DNA of 64,000 bases from Cyanophora paradoxa CCMP329 (lineage: Eukaryota; Plantae; Glaucophyta), in NCBI GenBank assembly GCA_004431415.1, contig QPMI01000496.1:1-64000 (forward strand), written 5' to 3'. Of this stretch, positions 23,226 to 33,149 are shown in pieces. Both the position numbers and the translations under genes were made by a program. Positions within the stretch are counted from its first letter, which is position 1. Each line of letters opens with the position of its first letter. The notes beneath the pieces were generated by a model. That model saw only the letters and a program-made list of their open reading frames with translations, was not told the origin of the DNA and searched no databases.

Positions 23226-24147
23226 TGGATGCAGCTCGTTGGGCCCACATCTGTGCTCGCATTACGTTCTACGCAAACCAGCATCTTGCCCCATCCACGC
23301 GAGATGCATATGCAATGTGGGTTGGCCGTTTTCGGCAGTTCTGCATTCAGCTGGGTGTTCTACCTTTTCCCGTCGATGCTGAGCTTTTTCTGCAGTTCGT
23401 AATGAGTGTGAGACCTTGCGGTTTGATACCTCAGTTTTCAGCTCAGTGCTTATTCAGCACGTCCTCACGGGCTTGCGCCGAGTCCTAGGCGATGGCCCCA
23501 CTCGCCCAGCGGCCGTCCTTTCGGTCGAACATATTCGCCGGCTAGCGGTAGCTTCCGATCGTGTTCCATCACAGACCCATCGTCGCTCTATTGCTATGAT
23601 CACCGTCGGTTTCTTTGGCCTCCTCCGTCGCTCTGAGATTGTGCAAATTCGGCGGTCTCATTTATCTTTCCGCCCAGATGGCATGGTCCTCCGCGTCCCT
23701 CGCTCTAAAACAGATCAGACTCGGATTGGTCACGAGCTTTTTATTTCGGCTCTGCCAGGCAACGTGTTATGTCCTGTTTTTCGTCTTCGTGTTTATATAG
23801 CCACTCTGCCTCCTACTGTGGATGTCGTATTTGGACAGCTTCGCAATCCTAGTGTCGCCCTTTCTCCGGCGTCTGTCGGCTTCGCACTTCAGCAGCTTCT
23901 CAACCTCGCTGGTATTGACAAATCTGGTTTCGCCACGCACAGCCTGCGCCGCGGTGGGGCCTGTGCTCTTGCAGCTGCTGGTGTTCCCGACGACGTCATT
24001 CGCGCCTTCGGACGTTGGCATCCGGATTCTCAGGTCTATCGCCGCTACATTCAAGGTTCGGCGCGGCCCGGTCTCACCAGCGCCATGGTTCTCGCCGGGA
24101 ACATCCCGACTCCCTTGCCTTCGCCGTCATCTTCGCCTTCTGCTTGA
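23226..24147 (+). CDS. Tyrosine recombinase (one frameshift near 23410)
   Basis: N-terminal LAPSTRDAY...RFRQFC, then catalytic R (LLRRSE), K (RSKTDQ), HSLRRGG, GRW and terminal Y (YRRYI). Confidence 0.95.
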
Positions 24148-24516
24148 TTCCGGCGTTGTCTTTGTCTTTGGGGGCGCGGGCACCCTTGCCGCCACTGCGG
24201 ACGTGCCGCATGGCGGAGGCTGCCCGCTTACCCTTCTTTTATTATTCATATGCAGATTCATATTCCCATTCATTTGCTTTACAGCTGCATGAGCATGATT
24301 TCTCTTATGTCTGTCATGCATATGATGCATGAGCGCATTCATACTGTAGAATTAGATATAGAGTAGCTGCAGACTTTCTGCATTCATAGCTAATCATTTG
24401 TAGTCTCTATATCCTTTAGTACTCTTCTTTTCCTCAATATTCTCTTCAACCATTTATACACACAATCATTCGTAACCGAATGAATTGTAAACTAGCTGCT
24501 AGGAAATCCAAATCTT

Positions 24517-24798
24517 TGTCGCATCCGACATTATAGCGGATGCTCATTTATATTTGTGAGCCGCTAGGGCTCTAGATCATGTCAGCCTTCGAGCTGCTGG
24601 ACCGACGGCGCCTAGGCTAGTTAGAGCGCCGCGGTCACTTGTATTCGTGTCGGGGTACGCCGTATCTGGACGGGTACACCCAGAGTCGAGGTTTGGTGAC
24701 TAACTACAGCGACACTCGCCATTCCCTGCCCTGCCGAGCTTGCACTCCGCACGGGCGTCCCGCGCGCACGATTAGACACACTAATCTCGCACGCGACA
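24517..24798 (+). repeat. 5' LTR of the Gag-only element
   Basis: Apparently identical to 29607-29888; 6-bp inverted termini. Confidence 0.95.
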
Positions 24799-24823
24799 GG
24801 CGCCATTCTGCCGGAATCGAACC
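24799..24823 (+). other. Primer-binding site complementary to a tRNA 3' end (tRNA-Asp-like)
   Basis: Reverse complement GGTTCGATTCCGGCAGAATGGCGCC contains the T-loop GTTCGA and ends GGCG-CC(A). The tRNA identity is tentative. Confidence 0.7.
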
Positions 24824-25288
24824 TTCAAGGGTCTGAGTCCGTATCGCTCTCCCCAGCCCCGCCGCGCAGCGCGCATCGCTGCGCCGCCTTGCCCAGTGTC
24901 TATTGGAGCCAGAGACCTGCTTTCCGCGCGAGCGCCGTCCCCACGGTTGCTTTGCGTTTGAGTGCGCCGCCCTGTACCGCTTGCGGTTGGACGGTAGTGC
25001 ACCGGAAACGTCTCTAGTGCCTATCGCGGGCTTCGGGTCATCCCCAGACCGAAGCGCACGCGCCGAGCTCTCTCTCGAGAGTCTCATCATTGCCTGTCCC
25101 ATCGCCGGTTGCGAGCAACCGTGCCACGGAGACTGCTGCGAGCAGCTCTCTAAGTGTCCCTGAGTCGCGCTCTTGCGTGACCGCGAGATCTCCGCGCCGG
25201 ATTCTGCAGCGAGCTGCAGATCAAATCCCGCGCCTAGTGCTCTCCCTGGCATCTTGTTCTTGCGGCTTTACGTTGCAAAGAGAACACC

Positions 25289-26818
25289 ATGTCAAACTCT
25301 TCTGAACTGATCAGTTCTGAAGTCCGTAGCCGGCTGTCTGCCCTCGCGCACATCGCGCCTGTGCATGCCCAGGCTGGTGCTGCTTTGCATGTGCAGCAAC
25401 TTGCTGCCTCCGCTGCGGCGGACGATGATCCCGTGCGGATCGCGTTCCTGCCTGCGAATCCGCGCCTCGCCGATGGCGACCGGTTCCGGAAGGATGTGCG
25501 GAACTTCCAGTCGGCCCTGCCGACGAAGTACTTGTTTGGCCCGGATTCTGCCGGTGGCCAGGAGTACTCAAAGTCGGAGGCACTAGCCGGAGTGATCGTT
25601 GGGCGAATCCGCCCCGGCGCTCTCCGCGCTGAGATCGAGCGCAAGCGTGACCTCTATGAGGCCTCGGTTGCTCTCCTAGAGCGTGACCGCGCCACGCTCG
25701 CTCGTCTCGAGCTTGTCCCGGCAAACCTGCGGTCTGCCGAGGATGATGCCAATATTCTCGCTCTGCAGCAGAGCTGCGTGCGTGATGAGGCCACGATCGT
25801 GGCCGTGCGTGACTCGTACTTGCGTGCCCCCGGGCTGCTCGATACGATCACGGCGTGGATTCACAAGCTGCGCCCACATGCGGCCCGCCGGGCCCTCACT
25901 GAGCCCTACACGGGCGAGGACCCCCGCTCGTGGCATGACTGGGTCATGCCCCTTGTGCGGCACACACTGCCGCCGGGCCAGCGGCTCGCTGCGTACTATG
26001 CGGATTGCCTGCGCATCGCGCTCGAGGCCCGCTCGACGAGCGAGGACCCGGAATATCAGAACCTTGAGGTTCGGATGGCCGGCTTCGCCAAAGAGAACGA
26101 GCGCACCATGCGCGAGTTCCTCGCTGCGCTGCAGCAGCGCCTCCTTGCCCGTGACGGCGCTGTCTCGCCGCTCGAGCTTGATGATATTTTCATCGAGCAG
26201 TGCACGCGCCACGGCTGCCGCGCCGTGTTCCCGCCTGCACCGGCAGCTGCTGAGCCGCCAGAGGCAAAACGGACCCGTATCCTGCAGGCAAAGTTTGCCA
26301 AGGATGAGTCCTCGAGCTCCCCTGGCCCTGCTGCGCCTCGGGACGCTGACCCCAGGGCCCAGCCCTCGATCTCTGCACGTGGGTCCTCTTGGGCTGTGCA
26401 GTCCCGCTCGCCTGCCGCCGTCGCGGAGGTGCTGCGGCGCATGTCTGAGCTCGGGTACCCCGAGTACCCCCCCTCAGACTGCTATGGGTGCTCAGATGAC
26501 CCTAGCGTCCCCGTTGCGGCGCGGCGTCATTGGGCAAATGTGTGCCCCAAGCGCACCCCATTCGCCCCAGTACGCCCCTGGGTGCACCGCGGCCAGTACT
26601 ATCGGCCAAAGCAATCCCAAGAGGATGCTGCCGACGAGCAAGAGTACTGGTCCGACGAGGGAAAACAGGACCCAGACGAAGTCTGCGGTCGCTGTGGCGA
26701 GGCAGGGCACCACCACAGTGCCTGCTCCGACCCCCCCACACGGGCTGCTCGCCCCGCGCTTCCTGCGCCCTCAAGCTCGGCGGCTCCAACCGCACGCCCT
26801 GCGGCGGAACGTGAGTGA
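25289..26818 (+). CDS. gag: Gag-like protein, 509 aa, intact
   Basis: Uninterrupted ORF between the LTRs; coiled-coil-like middle; CYGC-x12-HWANVC and a canonical CGRCGEAGHHHSAC zinc knuckle near the C-terminus. Confidence 0.8.
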   Translation: MSNSSELISSEVRSRLSALAHIAPVHAQAGAALHVQQLAASAAADDDPVRIAFLPANPRLADGDRFRKDVRNFQSALPTKYLFGPDSAGGQEYSKSEALAGVIVGRIRPGALRAEIERKRDLYEASVALLERDRATLARLELVPANLRSAEDDANILALQQSCVRDEATIVAVRDSYLRAPGLLDTITAWIHKLRPHAARRALTEPYTGEDPRSWHDWVMPLVRHTLPPGQRLAAYYADCLRIALEARSTSEDPEYQNLEVRMAGFAKENERTMREFLAALQQRLLARDGAVSPLELDDIFIEQCTRHGCRAVFPPAPAAAEPPEAKRTRILQAKFAKDESSSSPGPAAPRDADPRAQPSISARGSSWAVQSRSPAAVAEVLRRMSELGYPEYPPSDCYGCSDDPSVPVAARRHWANVCPKRTPFAPVRPWVHRGQYYRPKQSQEDAADEQEYWSDEGKQDPDEVCGRCGEAGHHHSACSDPPTRAARPALPAPSSSAAPTARPAAERE

Positions 26819-28406
26819 GCACGTGCACTAGCTGCACTAGGGTCTGGCCGGCTTGGGCAGCCGCCAGAACAGCCCTGCTCGTAACCGCGATTCAATTTTT
26901 CGCGGAGCCTGGGCCTCCCCTGCGAGAGCCCCATGTGTCGCTGTAATAAGCGGCCAATATACCTGCCTCTGAGCAGGCTGTATATTTGTACACTTGTACA
27001 TAATTTCAGACGTCGGGGACGACGTCTTCCGAGAGGAGGAGTGAGCATGGGCATGCTGCACGAGCAGTGCAAGCGCTGCCGCTAGCCCTCCTGCCCCGAG
27101 GCTTGCTTGGATCTGTGGCCGCCGGCCAAGATCAAATAGCACTCGCGAAAGAGATCTAGAGCCCCAATCGAGTGCTGTCGAGCAGCCCGAGCGGCCACGG
27201 GTGCCCCTCTTTCCGAGAGGAGGAGTACCTCTTTCGCTGAAGCCTGCAAAGAGGCCCACGGCCGGTGCCGCAATTGCGAGCCCTCCTGCTTGCCTCAATC
27301 TAGATCTGTGGCCAGTGGCCGAGATCAGATCGCAAACCCCAAGCGGGTACCAGTCTTTCCGAGAGGAGGAGTCCCTCCAAGACTCTCTCGTCGAAAGCCT
27401 GCGATTTCGCGCGGCGCACTGCGCATGCAGTCGCTGATCATGAGTGCGTCCACGGGCCTGGCGAAGTCCAGGAAAGTGGCCTCAGGCCTTGCGGCCAGAG
27501 CTGGCCCTTGCTGTAGCTGGCCCTTGCGGCAGCTAATGCTCCGATCGTGAGCTCCTCGGCCTGAGAGCGGCCTAGCTGCCGTTGCAAAATGAGATGTAAT
27601 CCGCGGAGCCTTGAGCTCGGGATGCACTCTCAAGAGAAGCTCGATGCCAGAGGCACGATGCCCGGCCCCGCGGCCGGCGAGCGCCTGACGGCATGCCGTG
27701 AGCTTGACAGGCGGCCCGTGAGCCCCTGCGAAAATCGTGAGCTTCCAAGCTCCAATGAAGGGCGAGCTTGATCATGAGCACACAGTGCCCTCGAGAGCTC
27801 GAGCCCTGAAATAAAGTCCTGGCTCGCCCCTAGGCGTTCAGGCACCAGCAGCTCCATCGAGAGCTTTGCACTATCGTGAACTTAAAGTCCTGGTGATGCC
27901 CGCCAAGTTAGCGCCCAGGCCGCACGTGTTGGTTCCGGGGCCCGGACCGAACGTTAGTGGGGCAAGGGCCTGGTGCCCAGCCCAAAGACCTGGTGAACTG
28001 CCCGACAAGTTGGCACCCAGGCGGCACGCTGCGGCTGCAGGCCGAGCGGTGCGACGGGCCGCGAGCCCTGCTCACAAGCTAGGAGCTTGGAGACCCGGCG
28101 GCCGGCCTGTTGAGGCGGCGCCAGAAGGACACCCATGAGTCCCGTCTCGCATGCGGCCGGCCTGGCCCCAAGGCGGTCAAGGCGGCGGGTGGTCCAGGCC
28201 GGAAGCCACGGCCACAGTGCCAACGGCTCCGGCGGGAGCGGCTTGATCATGAGATCTAGAAAGCCGGCTCTGAGCTGCGTCCCGACCCCGCGAGAGGGCG
28301 AGGACAGGAGAGCGGCTGCGCTAGCCCTTGAGCAGCGCTTTGTGAAGAGCCGCCCGTGAAGGGTTGGGCTGAGACGGGCCCCAGAGCCCGCGAAACATCG
28401 CGAAAG

Positions 28407-28914
28407 TCCCGGGCGGAAAGGGTGAGCCACGGGCGGCCGGGAGCCTTGAGCACAGCTCGGCATGGCGACAGGGCGAGCGTCCCTCAGTAAGTCCCGGGCG
28501 GAAGGATGAGCCGCGGGCGGCCGTTAGCCTTGAGCACAGCTCGGCGCGGTGACAGGGCGGGAGACCCTTGCAAAGACCTAGCCGAGCCCTAGGACGCGCC
28601 CTGCGTCTGCAGAAGGGTCGGTAGGCGGCTGTGACGCCGGGTCCTGCCCCGGGTACAGCGACAGGAGAGGAAAATGCCTCCTTATGGAAGTCCTGGCGTG
28701 GTACCAGGGCGCGCCTTGCGCCGGCGGAGGTACACGCAGGCGGTCGTGACGCCGGATTCCGCTCCGGGTACGACGACAGGGGATGACCAATTCCCCCTCC
28801 GTGTAAGACCTGGCGGTGTACCAGGGCGCGCCTTGCGCCGGTGGGGGTACACGCAGGCGGTCGTTACGCCGGATCCCACTCCGGGTACGACGACTGGGGA
28901 CGCACAATTCCCCC
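28407..28914 (+). repeat. Internal tandem duplications in the non-coding 3' region (~85-bp x2 at 28407/28491; ~117-bp x2 plus a partial copy at 28623/28692/28809)
   Basis: Visible imperfect direct repeats such as AGCCTTGAGCACAGCTCGGC and GTACCAGGGCGCGCCTTGCGCCGG. Confidence 0.8.
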
Positions 28915-29594
28915 ATTCAGGGCTCTGCACCGGGGACGCTCGGTGGCAGTTCGCCTGGGAGGGTCACGTCCCCCTCGCAATGGACGTGCATGCACGGGTC
29001 GGGCAGGGCACCTGCCGTCACGCATGACGGTGGTTTGAGCCTTGTGGGCGGCGCCTAGCCTCGCCCTGGAGATTCCTAGCTCCACCGCTGTCGGGGGAAC
29101 CCGATCCGACGCCGTGATAAATGCAGTGAAGGCGCGGCGTGTGCCTGAGCAGCGGCGCTAGACGTGCTGCTTAGCCCTAAACATTGGGACGGGCATTTCG
29201 CTGTGGGCTATCGAGCGCTGTCGCGACGCTACGCCCCGCGTTGCTGTTGCAGCGTGCGCCTTTGCGGCTAACTTGCTGCGCGATGAGGGCAGGGCCCCCT
29301 CGGCTTCGGCCCCCCTTCCAATTCCGCTCGCCTCGTGCGAGTTGCCTGGGCCGCCGGCCCGAAGTTGGACCTCGCCCCCTGGGCTCTACACGCTGGAGTC
29401 GCGCCGGCACTTGCGGGGCATCAGTCTTTTCTATTCCCGGCAGTCGACGCCGGGCATGGACATGTACATAGCCGGACTTGGCGTCTTTTCTATTCCCGGC
29501 AGTTGCCAGGCACGGACGGACTCTGAGTCTTTTTCGATTCCCGGCAGTAGCCGGTCGATTTGTATTTATGTAGACCCGCGAGGACGCGGGATCC

Positions 29595-29605
29595 GAGAGG
29601 AGGAG
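29595..29605 (+). other. Polypurine tract of the Gag-only element
   Basis: GAGAGGAGGAG immediately precedes the 3' LTR. Confidence 0.8.
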
Positions 29606-29606
29606 T

Positions 29607-29888
29607 TGTCGCATCCGACATTATAGCGGATGCTCATTTATATTTGTGAGCCGCTAGGGCTCTAGATCATGTCAGCCTTCGAGCTGCTGGACCGACGGCG
29701 CCTAGGCTAGTTAGAGCGCCGCGGTCACTTGTATTCGTGTCGGGGTACGCCGTATCTGGACGGGTACACCCAGAGTCGAGGTTTGGTGACTAACTACAGC
29801 GACACTCGCCATTCCCTGCCCTGCCGAGCTTGCACTCCGCACGGGCGTCCCGCGCGCACGATTAGACACACTAATCTCGCACGCGACA
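29607..29888 (+). repeat. 3' LTR of the Gag-only element
   Basis: Direct repeat of 24517-24798. Confidence 0.95.
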
Positions 29889-29944
29889 ATCTTTGCTGCC
29901 ATTGTTGTGAGCAAGTGTGTTCGCCTGCTATCAGGAAACCTTCA

Positions 29945-30005
29945 CTTCATGGCAATTGTACAAGTAGTACCTCAATTGCAATATACGAAATGAGCGCTGT
30001 CCGAA
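29945..30005 (+). repeat. 61-bp direct repeat, terminal copy (B2-like) of the YR retroelement
   Basis: Identical to 20829-20889. Confidence 0.9.
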
Positions 30006-30265
30006 GGGCACTTAAGTACCGCGGGCACTTAACTAACGCGGTACCAAATTAACGCGCCAAAAGTTTGTTAAGACGCGGTAATTTGGTGCCGCGGTAATTT
30101 GCTGCTGAGAAAGTCGCCCCATACAGTACCCCCAGAAATTACTGCCCCATACAAGGCTCAAAGTTTTAAAACCGCGTTAATTTGGTACCGCGCGGTATTT
30201 CGCTCAGAGGAGGGCCATTTTTGAAACCGCGTTAATTAACGCCGCAGTAATTTAGTGCCCGACGG
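30006..30265. mobile_element. MITE-like element with imperfect inverted termini
   Basis: Left GGGCACTTAAGTACCGCGG...TAACGCGGT versus the reverse complement of the right end GGGCACTAAATTACTGCGG...TAACGCGGT. Internal inverted pair CGCGGTACCAAATTAACGCG / CGCGTTAATTTGGTACCGCG. The right end GACGG is followed by TA. Confidence 0.6.
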
Positions 30266-33149
30266 TAGGGAATTCGAAGTTGGCGATCGCAAAGCTTTTG
30301 TCTTGCCAAGTTGGATTCACGATTCATCCCCCGGGGCCCCACTACCGGCCGCGGCGTCTCAGAATCTGCCGCGCCGCGGCAGTACTATATGTACACTTAG
30401 AGCCGCAGTGCGCATGCCCCCCCGCGGGGCCCCGCCCCCAGCGCGGGCCCACCGGGCGGGCCCACTGGGCTAGCGGCCCCAGGGGCCCAGGCCCCCAGCC
30501 CCACCGCGGCACCGGGCACCGCCCCCGGGCCCGCCGCTGGCCATGGCCGCGGGCCGCGGCGCGGCGCACGGCCGCGGTACGTATACGCATGCCCGGCGGC
30601 CGGCGTGCCGCGCGGCCCGCGCCTCCCCGGGCCCCGGCCGCCGGGCCGGCCCTCGCGATATCGATCGGCCGGGGATGCGGCCCGGGGAGCGACCCCCGGG
30701 CCCCGGGCCCCGGCAGGCTGCAGCAGGCATGCGCAGGATTTCGAGTAAATTTCGACCCTGCCCCCGGGCCCCAGTACCCCCACCCCAAGCCCCCGACGAT
30801 TAATTAAACCATGCAGGGGAGATGCCTCTGTCTCGCTTCGCACGATGAATCACATCTGATGCTGTATTCGGAGTCGATTGCAAATAAACCCACCGCGCGC
30901 CCTGTCACGGGCTTATATGTGAAAATTTTCGCGCCACGTCAATTAATATTGTATGTGCATCTCGTGATCAGAACCAAACTCATGCGAGGGTAACTGCTGC
31001 ACCGGCGGTGGCGAGTCTCCTCGCGTCACTCCTGCACGACCGTGACGTTGCTGACTGCCGGAGCTCGAGCCCGAGACGCGAACTGCGCGAAGAGAAAACT
31101 CGGCGGCGGCGAGGATGGAATGAAAGAGCGGGGGGGCGGGTGCGCGTTCGCGCGCACGACGCCGGTGGAGAGGGGCCCCGCCGGGTCCCGCGCGACGCCG
31201 TGGGGGGCCCGCTCCCCCCGCTCCTGCTCCAGCACTTGGCTCATCATCAGACTCCTCTGCGCGCCCCGCGCCGTCAAGCCGCGTGTCGAGGCGCGGGGCG
31301 CGCGGGGGGGCGCGCGGGGGGGGTACCCTCTTGTCGACGAGCAGGGACGCCCCGCGCCGGGCGGGGAAGACCGAGGCCGCGACGGGGGCCGCGGCCGGGT
31401 CCGGCGGGCGCGCCCTGGCCTTGGCGCCCCCGACGCCGGCGCGTCGGCGGCGCCCGTCGGCCCCTCCGGCGCCCCCGCCCCCTCCGGCCCCGGGTCGCTG
31501 GCCCACGCCGCGGCGGCGCCGGCCCTCAGCGCCAGCCCTTCGCCCACCTCCCGCCGCTTCTCGCGCCTCTCCGCTCGCTCCTCCCCCCGCGGGCTCTTCT
31601 GCGGGGCGAGCCGGGTCAGCACAGCCGGGCCGCTGTGCGGGGCACAGTGATCTAGATTCAGATCTGCATCATATAATTGCGGGCGCGCACTTTGGGGCGG
31701 GGGCCGATGTCCGCGGGCGGAGCGTCGAAGGAAACGGATCCCTGCGACGGGGCGGGCGAGCAGGTCAGAAAGGGCACCCGGGGGGAGCCGAACCCGCTGC
31801 CGCATGCCTTCCGGGGGCCGAAGGTGAGCTTCGGCGGCTTTGGACGAACGCCATCCTGGAAAACCAGTGAGGAAGAAGAAGAAAACGAGGGTGGTGGATG
31901 AAGGGCGGGAGGGGGGCACGGACCTGGGGGCCGGGCGGCGCGCCGTTGGCAGCGGGGGTACCGGTGCCTTTGAGCGCCGATTTGAGGGGCCGAGAGCCGG
32001 AGGAGAGATTCGATCGCGGGGTCTCGTCGAGGATTCGGGGGGAGGGCTCGACGGAGCCGGGGCCGGGGGACGCGGAGGGGGGGCCGGAGCGGAGGGGGGG
32101 CAGGCGGGGAGGGGCGCCGACGGGGGGCAGAGCGGCGAGGGCGGCCTGCCAGCGGCGCTCGGAGGGGAGAAGCTGCATCAAGTTCCGCAGCAGTCCGGGG
32201 GCCTGCAAGCGGTTCCGCTCGGATTCGAGCCGGGGAAACCGCGCGGGGCGGGTCCTGTGTCACCTGGATGGGTGCGGGCACGGGCGCGGGCCCCGGCTTC
32301 TGGCGGGGCGGGGACGCTCGCGGGCTCGCCTGGCGGGCGGGGGCGGATCTCAGGTCAGATCTGAGCGGAGCGGCTCGAGGGTGCGGGAGGGGGGCGGGGG
32401 TACCGGCTGCTTGCCGAGGTCGCTGACGCTGCTGTTGGAGAGCCCGGGACCCGTGAAGATGCTGCTCACGACCTGCGGGGGGTACAGGGGCGGGGCGCGT
32501 CGGGCCGGCCGCTGGCGGGCGCGGCGGGCGGGGCCTGACGAGGGGGCCGCTCCAGCGATGCCGCGGCGCCAGGTCCTCCGCCCCCCCTGGCCCCGCCCCG
32601 CGCGGTCCGTGAGGGGATGGGAGCGCTGGCGGGGGCGCGGCGGGGCGGGCGGGGCGGGCCCGACCTTGGCGTCCCGGCCCCTCGCCCGTCCCGCGCCTGG
32701 CGCCGCCGCCGCCGCCGAGGCCGCCGCCCAGCCCGCCGTCTGCGAGCCCCGCGGGGCGATCGGTCAGCCGGCCGCCGGCTCGAGCCGACCGCTGAGCCGA
32801 CCGCGCGCGTCCGACAAGGCAAGGTCTGGAGGGCGTCTGGCGGCCCCGCACCTTGAAGCGGGCGAGGGCGGAGGCGGGCGAGTCGCCGGCCCCGCCCCGG
32901 GCACCGCGGCCGCGCCGCCGGCGGCCCCAGCGGACGAGGGCGCGCAGGGCGCGCGAGGAGCGCCGGCCCGCCTCCTGCGGGGCGGCGCGTGAACGGATGG
33001 AGGAATGGAGGGCAGAGGACAGGGAGGGGACGACTCTCGATTCACATCGCTCTGGACTCGCAACATTCGCGCCTTTCCAACTCCCCCCGCCCCTCGCGTG
33101 TACCCCCCTCTGCTTCATTCCCCCCCCCCGAACCTGGAGCGGGGGGCAG

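Larger units (their letters stand above)
24517..29888 (+). mobile_element. Non-autonomous Gag-only LTR retroelement (TR-GAG-like), 5372 bp, TSD ATCTT
   Basis: 282-bp LTRs with TGTCGC...GCGACA termini. ATCTT at 24512-24516 and 29889-29893. tRNA-like PBS, PPT and a single Gag-like ORF; no PR, RT or IN. Confidence 0.93.
20423..30005 (+). mobile_element. DIRS/PAT-like tyrosine-recombinase retrotransposon (5' part and gag not seen), interrupted by the LTR element at 24517-29888
   Basis: DIRS-type RT-RNaseH-MT ORF followed by a YR ORF. A 61-bp direct repeat occurs internally (20829-20889) and at the right terminus (29945-30005). The left boundary is uncertain. Confidence 0.85.

Noticed and set aside
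25289-26818. Gag of a circularly permuted DIRS element
   Set aside because: The ORF lies inside a separate element with its own TG...CA LTRs, PBS, PPT and ATCTT target-site duplication.
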